Assembly (NCBI GenBank): GCA_050950285.1
Contig: JBMNHG010000006.1
Span: 169,167 to 233,166 of the forward strand
Reading direction: 5' to 3'
From: Kiritimatiellia bacterium
GTDB taxonomy: Bacteria; Verrucomicrobiota; Kiritimatiellia; RFP12; JBMNHG01
DNA: 64,000 nucleotides
Part shown: positions 28,728-39,127 of the stretch, one piece after another
Layout: every line of letters starts with the position of its first letter
Position numbering within the stretch: position 1 is the stretch's first letter
Position numbers and translations under genes: made by a program
The notes under the pieces: generated by a model
What the model was told of the DNA's origin: nothing
The model's database searches: none
The model's input: only the letters and a program-made list of their open reading frames with translations

Positions 28728-30584
28728 ATGACGATGACCACTGACACGTTGCGTCAGATGTACCTCGATTTCTTCCAGTCGAAGGGGCACGCCGTAATCT
28801 CCGGCGCATCGCTCATCCCGGAAAACGACCCCACCGTGCTCTTCACCACCGCCGGCATGCATCCGCTCGTGCCCTACCTGATGGGCCGGCAGGAACATCC
28901 GGCGGGGAAGCGCCTCACCAACGTGCAGAAGTGCGTCCGGACCGGCGACATCGACGCAGTCGGCGACTCCTCCCACCTCACCTTCTTCGAAATGCTCGGC
29001 AACTGGTCGCTCAACGACTACTTCAAGAAAGAAGCCATCACGTGGTCCTTCGAGTTCCTCACCGGGCACCTCGGCTTCCAGCCCGAGCAACTGAACGTGA
29101 CCGTTTTCAAGGGGGAAGAGGGCATCCCTGCCGACGAAGAGGCGGCCGGAATCTGGAAATCCCTGGGCATTCCCGAAGAACGCATCTTCCGCCTGCCGCG
29201 CAAGGACAATTGGTGGGGGCCCGCCGGCGAGACCGGCCCGTGCGGGCCGGACACCGAAATGTTCATCGACACCGGCAAGGCCGCCTGCGGCCCGGACTGC
29301 CGCCCCGGATGCCACTGCGGGAAGTACGTCGAAATCTGGAACGACGTCTTCATGCAGTTCAACAAGACGGCCGACGGCACCTTCGAACCGCTGGGACGCC
29401 ACAACGTCGACACCGGCATGGGCATCGAGCGGACCGTCTGCATGATGAACGGACTCGACAGCGTCTACGACATCGACGTCTTCCAGCCCATCATGGCGAA
29501 AATCAAGGAGCTGTCCGGCAAGACCGGCTTCGCCGGCGACGAAATCCGCTCCTCGCGCGTGATTGCCGACCATTCCCGCACCGCCACCTTCATCCTTGGC
29601 GACCCCAAGGGCGGCGTCGTGCCGGGGAACCTCGGCGCGAACTACGTGCTCCGCCGCCTCATCCGCTCGATGGTGCGCCACGCCCGCAAGCTCGGCATCG
29701 CCGCGGGCTTCACCGGGGAGATGGCCGAGGCGGTCATCTCCGTCTACCGGCACGTCTACCCCGAACTCGCCGAAAAACGCGAATTCATCCTCAAGGAATT
29801 CCTCGCCGAGGAGGAGCGCTTCGGCAAGACGCTCGACGACGGCAAGCGCGAATTCGACAAGATCGTCGCCGGCATCCGCCGAGGCAACGAATTCCGCGCC
29901 GCGAAAGATCCGGCCTTCGCGCCCGTCGACCGGATCGCCGGAAAGCAGGCCTTCAAGCTCTACGACACCTACGGCTACCCGCTGGAAATGACGGTTGAAC
30001 TCGCGAACGAAGAAGGCTTCACCGTGGATGTCGAAGGGTACAAGGAGGCCTTCAAGGCACACCAGGAACTCTCCCGCGCCAACCTCGGCTCCGCGAAGTC
30101 CGGCCTCGCCGAACACTCCGACGAGACCACCGCCCTCCATACCGCCACCCACCTGCTGCACAAGGCGCTGAAAATCGTCCTGGGAGACCATTGCAATCAA
30201 AAAGGCTCGAACATCACCAGCGACCGGTTGCGCCTGGACTTCACCCATGGCGAAAAGATGACGCCCGAGCAGATCCAGGCGGTCGAGGACCTCGTGAACG
30301 AGCAGATCCAGGCGGATCTCCCGGTGTTCCACGACAGGATGACCCTCGACGAGGCCCGCGCCTCCGGCGCCACGGCGCTCTTTTCGGACAAGTACAAGGA
30401 TGAAAAACTCTCCGTCTACACGATCGGAGCGTCCCGCGACGACTTCTTCTGCAGGGAAGTCTGCGCCGGCCCCCACGTCGAGAAAACCGGTCGCCTCGGA
30501 CACTTCCGGATCAAGAAGGAGGAATCGTCCTCCGCCGGCGTCCGGCGCATCCGGGCCGTGCTCGAAAAGCGAGCCCGGGACTAG
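28728..30584 (+). CDS. alaS: Alanine--tRNA ligase, short form (618 aa)
   Basis: DPTVLFTTAGM, HLTFFEMLGNWS, GPCGPDTE, VDTGMGIER, HTATHLLH and CAGPH motifs. Confidence 0.95.
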   Translation: MTMTTDTLRQMYLDFFQSKGHAVISGASLIPENDPTVLFTTAGMHPLVPYLMGRQEHPAGKRLTNVQKCVRTGDIDAVGDSSHLTFFEMLGNWSLNDYFKKEAITWSFEFLTGHLGFQPEQLNVTVFKGEEGIPADEEAAGIWKSLGIPEERIFRLPRKDNWWGPAGETGPCGPDTEMFIDTGKAACGPDCRPGCHCGKYVEIWNDVFMQFNKTADGTFEPLGRHNVDTGMGIERTVCMMNGLDSVYDIDVFQPIMAKIKELSGKTGFAGDEIRSSRVIADHSRTATFILGDPKGGVVPGNLGANYVLRRLIRSMVRHARKLGIAAGFTGEMAEAVISVYRHVYPELAEKREFILKEFLAEEERFGKTLDDGKREFDKIVAGIRRGNEFRAAKDPAFAPVDRIAGKQAFKLYDTYGYPLEMTVELANEEGFTVDVEGYKEAFKAHQELSRANLGSAKSGLAEHSDETTALHTATHLLHKALKIVLGDHCNQKGSNITSDRLRLDFTHGEKMTPEQIQAVEDLVNEQIQADLPVFHDRMTLDEARASGATALFSDKYKDEKLSVYTIGASRDDFFCREVCAGPHVEKTGRLGHFRIKKEESSSAGVRRIRAVLEKRARD

Positions 30585-30677
30585 CGAGAGAGGCAGACGT
30601 TCCTGCGTCCGGCGAATGCCGGCGGCAGGCCGTTTTTCATTGTTCCCGTCCAAGATGTTCCCTACACTTCCGCCCCT

Positions 30678-32177
30678 ATGCTTTTCCACAAGGAATATCC
30701 CATCATCCGGAAACGCGCCGACCACTGCATTTCGCGCGCGAACATCGATCCCGACGCCCTGCGCGTGCTGCGCCGCCTGTCCAAGGCCGGCTACACCGCC
30801 TACCTGGTGGGAGGCGGCGTGCGGGATTTGCTCCTGGGCCGCAAGCCGAAGGACTTCGACGTCGGGACGGACGCGCGCCCCAACGAAATCAAGCGCCTCT
30901 TCCGCAATTGCTTCCTCGTCGGCCGGCGCTTCCGCCTCGCCCACATCCGCTGGGGGCAGAACGTCATCGAGACCAGCACCTTCCGGAAATCCCCTCCACC
31001 GCCGGACGACCCCATCGACACGTTGTACCAGTACGAGGACAACACCTTCGGATCGCCGGAAGAAGACGCCCACCGCCGGGATTTCACGGTGAACGGCCTT
31101 TTCTACGACATCAAGACCTTTGCCGTGATCGACTACGTGGGCGGCTTGCGCGACCTCGAGCGGAAGGTGCTCCGCAGCATCGGCGACCCCAACATCCGCT
31201 TCCTCGAAGATCCCGTGCGCATGATGCGTGCCGTCCGCCTTGCGGCCGTCCTGGACTTCACGATCGACCGGACGAGCCGCCGCGCCATCCGACGCCATTA
31301 CCGCGAAATCGAAAAGGCGTCCGCGCCACGCCTGCTGGAGGAAACCTTCCGCCTCTTTTCGCGGCACGCCTCCGAGCAGGCCTTCCAGCTCCTCCACGAA
31401 ACGAAGCTGATGTCCGTGCTGCTTCCGGACGTCGACGCATTCGTGAAGGAATCGGGCGGGAAGGCGTCTCCCCTGTGGAAGACGCTCGCGGCCTTCGATG
31501 CCGATCCCGCATCGGACGGCGATCCGTCGAACGCGCTTCGCCTCGCCGTGCTGTACTGGCCGATCTTCAAGGCGCGCGTCGAAGGGCTTTCCGCTTCCCC
31601 GGACCCGGATTCCCCCCAACGGAGGGGCGGGCGCATCAACCACCGCGCCATCGCCCGCGAAATCCTCGACCCCGCCGGGACAAAATTCCGCATGCCCAAG
31701 ATGGCCGTGCTGGGCGCCACCTACATCCTCGATTGCCAGCGCCGCTTCGACGCCCCCAAGACACTCCGCCCCGGATCGTTCCGCGGCGATTTCTTCGACG
31801 ACGCCCTGGCCCTTTTCCGGATCCGCCTCGCCGCGGACGGGCAAGACACGACCCCCGCAGATCGCATCGGACGCCGGCTGGCGCAAAGCCGCTCCACGCG
31901 CCAGCCCCTCTACTCCGAGGGAGAGGCCAACGCCGAGGCCGCGGACGAAGCCCGCACCCCTCGCCAAATGGCCGAGAACGAGGATTCCGAAGCCGTCCGC
32001 GACGGCGACGCATCCGATTCCGAGCGCAACAGCGAGCGCCCGTTCGGCAAGGGCGGGCGCCGCAACCGCCGCCCCAAACACCGCAGCCGAGGCAAACGAC
32101 GGCGCACCCTCCCCAATCCCGAAGTCAGCGGCTCGCCGTTCGAGCCCGTCGACAAGCGCTCCAAGAACCGGGACTGA
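30678..32177 (+). CDS. pcnB: Poly(A) polymerase / CCA-adding family nucleotidyltransferase
   Basis: LVGGGVRDLLLG..PKDFDV, LVGRRFRLAHI (PAP signature), RRDFTVNGL and EDPVRMMRA motifs. Confidence 0.9.
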   Translation: MLFHKEYPIIRKRADHCISRANIDPDALRVLRRLSKAGYTAYLVGGGVRDLLLGRKPKDFDVGTDARPNEIKRLFRNCFLVGRRFRLAHIRWGQNVIETSTFRKSPPPPDDPIDTLYQYEDNTFGSPEEDAHRRDFTVNGLFYDIKTFAVIDYVGGLRDLERKVLRSIGDPNIRFLEDPVRMMRAVRLAAVLDFTIDRTSRRAIRRHYREIEKASAPRLLEETFRLFSRHASEQAFQLLHETKLMSVLLPDVDAFVKESGGKASPLWKTLAAFDADPASDGDPSNALRLAVLYWPIFKARVEGLSASPDPDSPQRRGGRINHRAIAREILDPAGTKFRMPKMAVLGATYILDCQRRFDAPKTLRPGSFRGDFFDDALALFRIRLAADGQDTTPADRIGRRLAQSRSTRQPLYSEGEANAEAADEARTPRQMAENEDSEAVRDGDASDSERNSERPFGKGGRRNRRPKHRSRGKRRRTLPNPEVSGSPFEPVDKRSKNRD

Positions 32178-32308
32178 AGGCGACAACGTGCGCCTGGTCA
32201 ACGTTCTTGCTTGTGTTCGCCCGAATATTTCCGTATCATTGCCCAATTTACGTCTGATTGGGGATGACTTCCCTGCAGGCACACACAAGCGATTTGGAGC
32301 CGCATCCC

Positions 32309-34042
32309 ATGCGTTGGACCCGTTCCCTCATCACCACGTTGCGCGAAGATCCGCAAGAAGCGGAGATCGACAGCCACAAGCTGCTTCTTCGCGCCGGGCT
32401 CATTTGGAAGGTCGGCGGAGGAATCTACTCCTTTACGCCGCTCGGACTGCGCGCCCTCCACAAGGTCGAGCAGATTGTCCGCGAAGAGATGGACCGCGCC
32501 GGCGCGCTCGAAGTGCTCCTGCCCGCGTTGCAGCCCATCGAGCTTTGGGAAACCTCCGGACGGGCCGGCCAGATGGGCGCCTCGATGTTCCGCCTGAAGG
32601 ATCGCGCCGAACGCACCATGGTGCTGGGCCCGACCCACGAGGAGGTCGTCACCGATTTCATGCGCCATGCGGTCAATTCCTACCGCCAGCTCCCCTGCAC
32701 CGTCTACCAAATCCAAACGAAGTTCCGCGATGAAATCCGCCCGCGTTTCGGACTGATGCGCGCCAAGGAATTCATCATGAAGGACGCGTACAGCTTCGAC
32801 ACGTCGATGGACGCCGCCGACGAGAGCTACCAGGCGATGTACGACGCCTACGTGCGGATCTTCAGGCGGTGCGGCCTCGAGGCGCAGGCCGTCGAGGCGG
32901 ACACCGGAACCATCGGCGGAGACCATTCCCACGAATTCATGGTGCTCGCGCCCTCGGGCGAAGACGGCATCCTCTACTGCGCCGCATGCCGGTACGCCGC
33001 GAACCAGGAGCGCGCCGAACGGCAGGTCGCCCCATGCGACTGCTCCACGCCCTCCCCCGCCCCGCGCGAGAAGGTCCCCACGCCCGGCGCGCGCACGGTG
33101 GACGAAGCCGCCGCCGCGATCGGCTGCCCCTCGGACCAGATCGCGAAGTCGCTCGTGTACCTCGCCGACGGCAGGCCCGTCATGGCGATCGTTCGCGGCA
33201 ATGCCGACCTCAACGAATGCAAGCTCCGCCGCATGCTTGGCTGCTCCATCCTCGAGATGGCCGACCCCGGGACCACCGCGGAAGCCGTCGGCCCCTTCGG
33301 GTCCATCGGACCCTGCGGCGCGAAGCTCCCGGTCTATGCGGACATCGCCCTCCGAGAGGCGCGCGACATCGCGTGCGGCGCCAACGAAGAGGGCTTCCAC
33401 TACGCCCACGTGAACCTGATGGAGGACGCGGACGTGGCGATCACGGCGTGGGGCGACCTCGCCACCGTGGTCGAAGGAGACCGCTGCCCCCGTTGCGGCG
33501 CGCCGCTTTCCATCGAACGGGGCATCGAGGTGGGGCACGTCTTCAAGCTCGGCACCAAGTACTCCGAGAAATTCGGCGCGGCCTTCCTCGACGAAAACGG
33601 GAAGTCGCAGGTCATGGTGATGGGGTGCTACGGCATCGGCGTCACGCGCACCCTGCAGGCCGTGATCGAACAACGGCACGACGAATCCGGCATTTTCTGG
33701 CCCGCCTCGGTGGCCCCCTACTCCGTCGCCGTCCTCCTCCTCGACCCGAAAGACCCCGCCGCCGCCCAGGCCGCCGACGACCTCGCCGCCCGCCTCGAAG
33801 CGCAGGGCGTGGACGTGCTCGTGGACGATCGCGACGAGCGCCCCGGCGTGAAATTCAAGGACGCGGACCTCATCGGCTTCCCCTATCGCGTGATCGTCGG
33901 CACACGCGCCCTTTCCAAAGGCGGCGTCGAAGTGAAGCCGCGCACCTCGAAGGACTCCGAAATGATCCCGCTGGAATCCGCCGCCGCGGACATCGCGGCA
34001 CGCGTGAAAGCCGACATCGCCGCGACAGCGGCCCTCGACTAG
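32309..34042 (+). CDS. proS: Proline--tRNA ligase
   Basis: LGPTHEE, QIQTKFRDEIRPRFGLMRAKEF, IEVGHVFKLG, MGCYGIG and DADLIGFP motifs. Confidence 0.97.
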   Translation: MRWTRSLITTLREDPQEAEIDSHKLLLRAGLIWKVGGGIYSFTPLGLRALHKVEQIVREEMDRAGALEVLLPALQPIELWETSGRAGQMGASMFRLKDRAERTMVLGPTHEEVVTDFMRHAVNSYRQLPCTVYQIQTKFRDEIRPRFGLMRAKEFIMKDAYSFDTSMDAADESYQAMYDAYVRIFRRCGLEAQAVEADTGTIGGDHSHEFMVLAPSGEDGILYCAACRYAANQERAERQVAPCDCSTPSPAPREKVPTPGARTVDEAAAAIGCPSDQIAKSLVYLADGRPVMAIVRGNADLNECKLRRMLGCSILEMADPGTTAEAVGPFGSIGPCGAKLPVYADIALREARDIACGANEEGFHYAHVNLMEDADVAITAWGDLATVVEGDRCPRCGAPLSIERGIEVGHVFKLGTKYSEKFGAAFLDENGKSQVMVMGCYGIGVTRTLQAVIEQRHDESGIFWPASVAPYSVAVLLLDPKDPAAAQAADDLAARLEAQGVDVLVDDRDERPGVKFKDADLIGFPYRVIVGTRALSKGGVEVKPRTSKDSEMIPLESAAADIAARVKADIAATAALD

Positions 34043-34120
34043 CCCTTTCGTGCGACGAACCGGGCCCCCCCGGACGTCCCGCTTCTCAAACACCCAACAA
34101 CATCAGACAGGAAAAACGAA

Positions 34121-34426
34121 ATGAGCAAGGACAAATCGAAGAAGACACTCACCAAGCGCGAGGTGGTCGTTCGGGTCGCCTCGAAGACCGGCATCGTACA
34201 GCAGGACGTCGCCACCGTCCTCCAGCACTCCCTCGACTGCATCGTGGAGGCCATTGCCGCGGGCCGGCACGTGGAGTTCCGCGAATTCGGCGTCTTCGAG
34301 GTCGTTACCCGGAAGCCCCGTGTGGGCCGGAATCCGAACCAGCCGGAAAAGACCATCGCCATCCCCGCGCGCAAGGTCGTGAAATTCAAGCCCGGCAAGA
34401 AAATGCGCGATTCTCTCCGTGCCTGA
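34121..34426 (+). CDS. HU/IHF-family DNA-binding protein
   Basis: VEFREFGVFEV..RKPRVGRNP....TIAIPARKVVKFKPGK. Confidence 0.93.
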   Translation: MSKDKSKKTLTKREVVVRVASKTGIVQQDVATVLQHSLDCIVEAIAAGRHVEFREFGVFEVVTRKPRVGRNPNQPEKTIAIPARKVVKFKPGKKMRDSLRA

Positions 34427-34483
34427 TCCGGCCGGATTCCCGACGTCGCCCCGTCCCATCCTCCCGATCGAATCGGTCGCGCC

Positions 34484-35749
34484 ATGAATGTCCAGCCCAT
34501 CTCCTTCGAGCCGCCACGCGGCATGCGGGACTTTTTCCCGGAAGACATGGCATGGCGCGACCGCATCTTCGATGCCTGGCGAAGGGCCACCCGGCTCCAT
34601 GGATTTGAAACCTACGACGCGTGCGTCGTGGAGAGCCTGGAACTCCTGCAACGCAAGGCGGGCGAGGAGGTTTCCGATCAAATCTACGGGTTCGAGGACA
34701 AGTCCGGGAGAAAACTCGCGCTCCGCGCGGAGATGACGCCCACGCTCGCCCGCATGATCGCGGCGCGGCAGGGGCGCCTCGCCTTCCCCGTGAAGTGGTC
34801 GGCAATCGCCCAGTGCTTCCGCTACGAGCGGATGACGCGCGGACGCAAGCGCGAACACTACCAATGGAACCTGGATATCGTAGGCGAAGAGGGCGTGCAG
34901 GCCGAGGCCGAAGTCCTCGCCACCGCCGCGACCGCCCTCGAGATCATGGGGCTCCCCGCAACCGCCTATCGGATCCACGTGAACAACCGTGCGCTGCTGG
35001 GCGAATTGCTGGAAACGCTGGACATCCCCTCCGGGCAGCATGCGGCGGTGTTCCTGGCGCTCGACAAGCGCGGGAAAATCCCGGACGAAGAAATTTCACG
35101 GATCCTGGCGGAGGGCGGATTGTCCGAAACGGCTTCCGCCAGCGTCTTTGCCCTTCTCGATGTCCAGACGCTCGACCAGGCGGCCGACCTGACGGGAAGC
35201 GACTCGCCGGCGATCCGGCGGTTGCGCGATCTGTTCGAACTGGCCGGAGACTTCGGGATTGCCGATCGCCTCGTCTTCGACATTTCGGTCATCCGCGGCC
35301 TGACGTACTACACCGACATCGTCTTCGAAGCGTTTGACGCAGCGCGCAGCTTCCGCGCCATCTTCGGAGGCGGCCGCTACGACAACCTCCTCACCTCCAT
35401 CGGAGGCGCCCCGACCCCGGCGGTCGGCCTGGGATTCGGCGACGTCGTCGTGGCGGAAGTGCTCAAGGAGCTTCTTGGCACGGATGCGGCCCTCCCGCGC
35501 AAGGGGACTTTCGTTGGCTTCATGCACGAGGAACAGCGGACCGCGGCCGTTCGCCTGGCGACGCGCCTGCGCGCCTCCGGCGAGGAGACGGAACTCGCCC
35601 TCTCGCCCATGAAACCCAAGCCGTTCTTCTCGCGGGCGGGCGCCGGCCGATGCGCCTACGCGGTCTTCATCGGCCCCGACGACGTCGCCTCCGGCACGGC
35701 GCGCCGCAAAAACCTCGACACGCGCGAGGAAACCCCCATCCCCCTCTGA
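34484..35749 (+). CDS. hisS: Histidine--tRNA ligase
   Basis: PRGMRDF, LRAEMTP, FRYER, RGLTYYT and GGGRYD motifs. Confidence 0.95.
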   Translation: MNVQPISFEPPRGMRDFFPEDMAWRDRIFDAWRRATRLHGFETYDACVVESLELLQRKAGEEVSDQIYGFEDKSGRKLALRAEMTPTLARMIAARQGRLAFPVKWSAIAQCFRYERMTRGRKREHYQWNLDIVGEEGVQAEAEVLATAATALEIMGLPATAYRIHVNNRALLGELLETLDIPSGQHAAVFLALDKRGKIPDEEISRILAEGGLSETASASVFALLDVQTLDQAADLTGSDSPAIRRLRDLFELAGDFGIADRLVFDISVIRGLTYYTDIVFEAFDAARSFRAIFGGGRYDNLLTSIGGAPTPAVGLGFGDVVVAEVLKELLGTDAALPRKGTFVGFMHEEQRTAAVRLATRLRASGEETELALSPMKPKPFFSRAGAGRCAYAVFIGPDDVASGTARRKNLDTREETPIPL

Positions 35750-35859
35750 TGCATCCTGCCATCCCCCTGCACCCGGACCGTCCCGACGCAAGACGGAACG
35801 CGTGGCATCGGGTCGCGTGAATCGCGGGATCGCTTGCGATTCCGCCCCGCAAGAAACAC

Positions 35860-37086
35860 GTGCGAATGAGACCGGCAAGGGAACGACGAGTGAAGCCGCA
35901 TAAAGGGACAGGCTGTCTGTGGATGGCGATGCTTGCCGTGGGAGCGCAGGCCGCACCGCTTCCCCTGAAAAGTCCGGATGGGGCTTTTGTCGTTACGGCA
36001 GGCGCCCTTCATCTGGAGGAGAGGTCCCGCGTCCTTCATTTCGCCGGGCAAGTTCGAGACGAGTTGCGCCGGACCACGGGCTGGACGCTGAAGAGCGGGA
36101 ACCGGCCGATCTTGATCGCCCTCGATTGCGAAGAGGTCTCCGAATTGCGCCATGGCGTGTTCCGGTCTCCTTCCGGGACGGTCTGGGCCCAGATCGAAGT
36201 CCCCGCCACGCAAGACCTTCTCTTCGAAGATCTGGAGCGTGAACTCGTTGCCGCCCTCGCCCGTGTCGAATTGCTCGGACAGGCGCCACGAGGCGTCACG
36301 CCCACCGAATTCCCGCCGTGGTTCCTCGCGGGTCTTGCGTATCTCTCCTCCTCCTCCCCTCGTCCCGTGCAGGACGACTTCGAACGCACCTGGACGCAAT
36401 GGGCGCATGGACGCCTCCCGTCCATCGCCGAGTTGTGCTCGACAAACGGAATCGCTCGCGACGACGTCGCCGCGGCATCCCAGGTTGTCGGCTGGTTGTT
36501 CGATCAACGCGACGCGCGCGGCGCCCTCTCCCGATGGCTCCGTTCCCTCGCCCGGGGGAATCCCTGGACACCGGAAGGGCTCTTCCGCGACTTTCTCGGA
36601 ACGGAGGACGGCGTCCTCGCCGACGAGCTCTGGGATTTTTGGCTGTGCAGGCGCACCCGGACGATCCTGGAACCGGGCACGACGTCCCCCAATGCCATCC
36701 GGCGCTTTCGTTCCGTCCTGCTCACCTATCCTTCCGACAACGGGGTCTATCTTCCGGGATTCGACGGCATCCCTCCCGAACGGCTCCTTGCGTTCGCGGG
36801 CGAGCCGTGGGCCCTTGAAGCGGCGCGCCGCAGGATACGCACCTTGCACATGGCGGCATTGGGACGCGACGAACGCCTTCGAAAGCTGGCCTCCCTCTTT
36901 ATCGGCGCCTTGGAAAGTTTCACCCGAGGCGACCTTGACGAGGCGCGTTCCAGGCTGTCCGGCGCCCGGCGAAGCCAGCAGGAACTCGAGATCGTCGCCG
37001 CGACAGGATTGACCTTGAGGACCACGGAACCGCCACCCGCCCACCGATCGCAAGGCGAGGTTCGATTGACTTCCGAAGGCAACTGA
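35860..37086 (+). CDS. Hypothetical protein (probably exported; start uncertain)
   Basis: 408-aa ORF co-directional with neighbours; PPWFLAGLA resembles gluzincin-like folds but no HEXXH motif is visible. Confidence 0.6.
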   Translation: MRMRPARERRVKPHKGTGCLWMAMLAVGAQAAPLPLKSPDGAFVVTAGALHLEERSRVLHFAGQVRDELRRTTGWTLKSGNRPILIALDCEEVSELRHGVFRSPSGTVWAQIEVPATQDLLFEDLERELVAALARVELLGQAPRGVTPTEFPPWFLAGLAYLSSSSPRPVQDDFERTWTQWAHGRLPSIAELCSTNGIARDDVAAASQVVGWLFDQRDARGALSRWLRSLARGNPWTPEGLFRDFLGTEDGVLADELWDFWLCRRTRTILEPGTTSPNAIRRFRSVLLTYPSDNGVYLPGFDGIPPERLLAFAGEPWALEAARRRIRTLHMAALGRDERLRKLASLFIGALESFTRGDLDEARSRLSGARRSQQELEIVAATGLTLRTTEPPPAHRSQGEVRLTSEGN

Positions 37087-37144
37087 CGTTACACTTGTCG
37101 GCCACGCACAAAAGCAGGCGAAGCGCCTCCTTGGAACACCTCCC

Positions 37145-38029
37145 ATGAGCCAGATCCCTCCCCGCCAGCCCGTTTCCGGCACCCCCTCCACGTCGTTCGG
37201 ACAGATCGACCCACCCGACGAATCCGACCTGTCCTCCGTCGGAGAGTCCCTCGACGGCGAAGAGCCCGGGGCGCTGGTTTCCCTCCACACGGCGGCCCTG
37301 CACGCGAACGCCGAATCCTTCCCGGTGCTCAAGTCCTTCCAGGATTACCTCGAGGCGGAGCGTCGGCGCGCCCGCCATCGCATGGCGATGATGGCCGGGC
37401 TTTTCGTCGCGCTGATGATCGTGGTCGTGGCCGGCTTCATCGTGGGGGGCGCGCTCTTGTTCGGATACATGTCGCGCCAGCAGGAGACACTGCTCGCCAT
37501 CGCGCTGCACAATGCGGGCGTGACGCCACCCTCCGCCACGTCACAGCCCGTCGCTCCGCAACCCGTCGCCGCGCAACCCGTCGCCGCGCCGGCCGCTCCC
37601 GCCGCGGCGCCCGCCGTCCAGCCGGCGGCGGAGGCGGTTGCCCTTGCACCGGAACCCGCCCAAGCGCCGGCGCCTGCCGTCGCTCCGGCGCCTGCCGTCG
37701 CGGATCCGGCCGATTCCGATGCCGTCGCGGTCGTTCCCGACACGCCCGCATCGACGGAGGAGGTTGCACCCCCGCCGGCGGTCGCCGGGGTTCTCCCGTC
37801 CGACGTGGAGCCTGCGCCGGCACGCGCCCGGCCGATCGAGACGGCCCAGACGCCAAGTGCGCCGCCAGCCGCCGCGCCGGAGAAACCCCGCAAGAAGCTT
37901 CTCGACCTCTCGAAGATCGTTCCGGAGGCGGAGCCTCCGCCCGCCGGCTTTGCCGAGCGGACGATCACCCTCCCCTCGGGCGACCCCGATTCACCGATGC
38001 CCTGGCGAGTCTACCTCCCCATCGAGTAA
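37145..38029 (+). CDS. Hypothetical single-pass membrane protein with Pro/Ala-rich linker
   Basis: FPVLKSFQDYLEAERRRARHR followed by a TM segment; TTGACT-18-TACACT at 37066-37095. Confidence 0.75.
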   Translation: MSQIPPRQPVSGTPSTSFGQIDPPDESDLSSVGESLDGEEPGALVSLHTAALHANAESFPVLKSFQDYLEAERRRARHRMAMMAGLFVALMIVVVAGFIVGGALLFGYMSRQQETLLAIALHNAGVTPPSATSQPVAPQPVAAQPVAAPAAPAAAPAVQPAAEAVALAPEPAQAPAPAVAPAPAVADPADSDAVAVVPDTPASTEEVAPPPAVAGVLPSDVEPAPARARPIETAQTPSAPPAAAPEKPRKKLLDLSKIVPEAEPPPAGFAERTITLPSGDPDSPMPWRVYLPIE

Positions 38030-38065
38030 CAGCCCCTTTCGCCACCTATCCTCCCAATCCCCTCC

Positions 38066-39127
38066 ATGAACGACGCCGACGCCACCCAACCCGCCACCGA
38101 AAGTCCAGAGCCCGCATCCGTCGGCCAGAAGGCGGACCTCCTGTTCCGTTTTCTCCTTGGAGCCGCGGCAACGGTGATCATCCTGGGCGGACTGAAGATC
38201 GCCGCGTCCATGCTCATGCAGTTCCTGCTCATCGGATTCATCGTGATCGTCCTGTCGCCGGTCTACTACCTGCTGCGCAACAAGGCGCGTATCCCCCATT
38301 GGCTGGCGGTCACGCTCGTGATGCTCTTGATCACCGGCTTCCTCGTCTTCGCCACCGGCGTGCTCCTGCCCAGCGTGGTCAAGGACTTCTCCGGCAACCT
38401 TCCGGGCTACCGCGAGTCGCTGACGAATACCGTGAACTCCCTCCAGGCGCAGATGAACCAGCACAACATCCACATCCCGAGGGGCGTCGTCGACAAGGGC
38501 ATCGAACTTGTCACGGGATTCCTCGGGCAGATCGGCGGCCATACCATCAGCTTCGTCGGCTCGGTCTTCTCGAACACGATCATCGTCCTCATCATCGTGG
38601 CCTTCGTCTTCGCCGAACTCGACAAGCTCCCCGGGAAGATCCAAGACACCCACTGGATTACTCCGGCGCGCTGGAAGCTCCTGACAACGTTCGTCGAAGA
38701 CGTCCGCTACTACATGGTCATCAAGACCATCATCTCGGCGTTCACCGGCCTGCTGGTTTTCGTCGGCATGACACTGCTGGACGTGGACGCCCCCGGGATG
38801 CTCGGGCTCATCGCCTTCATCTTCAACTTCATCCCGGTGATCGGCTCGATCGTCGCCGCCATCCCGGGCTTCGTCCTCGCCCTTGCAGGGCAGGGCATCG
38901 GCGTGTCGATCGCGACCCTGGGCGTCTACCTCGTCGTGAACCAGCTGCTCGGCAACGTCATCGAGCCTCGTCTCCAGGGCAAGGGGTTCGGCGTGTCGCC
39001 CGTGCTCGTGCTCGTCTCCGCAATCTTCTGGGGCTGGCTGCTTGGACCCGTCGGCATGCTCTTCGCCGTGCCGCTCACCACCGCCGTGCGGGGTGCTTTT
39101 TACTCCCGGAGCGACCTTTTGCGATGA
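38066..39127 (+). CDS. AI-2E family transporter
   Basis: Multiple TM segments; FNFIPVIGS, GNVIEPRL.G and FWGWLLGPVGMLFAVPLT motifs. Confidence 0.92.
   Translation: MNDADATQPATESPEPASVGQKADLLFRFLLGAAATVIILGGLKIAASMLMQFLLIGFIVIVLSPVYYLLRNKARIPHWLAVTLVMLLITGFLVFATGVLLPSVVKDFSGNLPGYRESLTNTVNSLQAQMNQHNIHIPRGVVDKGIELVTGFLGQIGGHTISFVGSVFSNTIIVLIIVAFVFAELDKLPGKIQDTHWITPARWKLLTTFVEDVRYYMVIKTIISAFTGLLVFVGMTLLDVDAPGMLGLIAFIFNFIPVIGSIVAAIPGFVLALAGQGIGVSIATLGVYLVVNQLLGNVIEPRLQGKGFGVSPVLVLVSAIFWGWLLGPVGMLFAVPLTTAVRGAFYSRSDLLR

Noticed and set aside
23744..34093. Very long opposite-strand ORFs (1667, 1209 and 631 aa; similarly 49503-53585)
   Set aside because: Antisense shadows of well-supported genes in high-GC DNA with strong codon bias.
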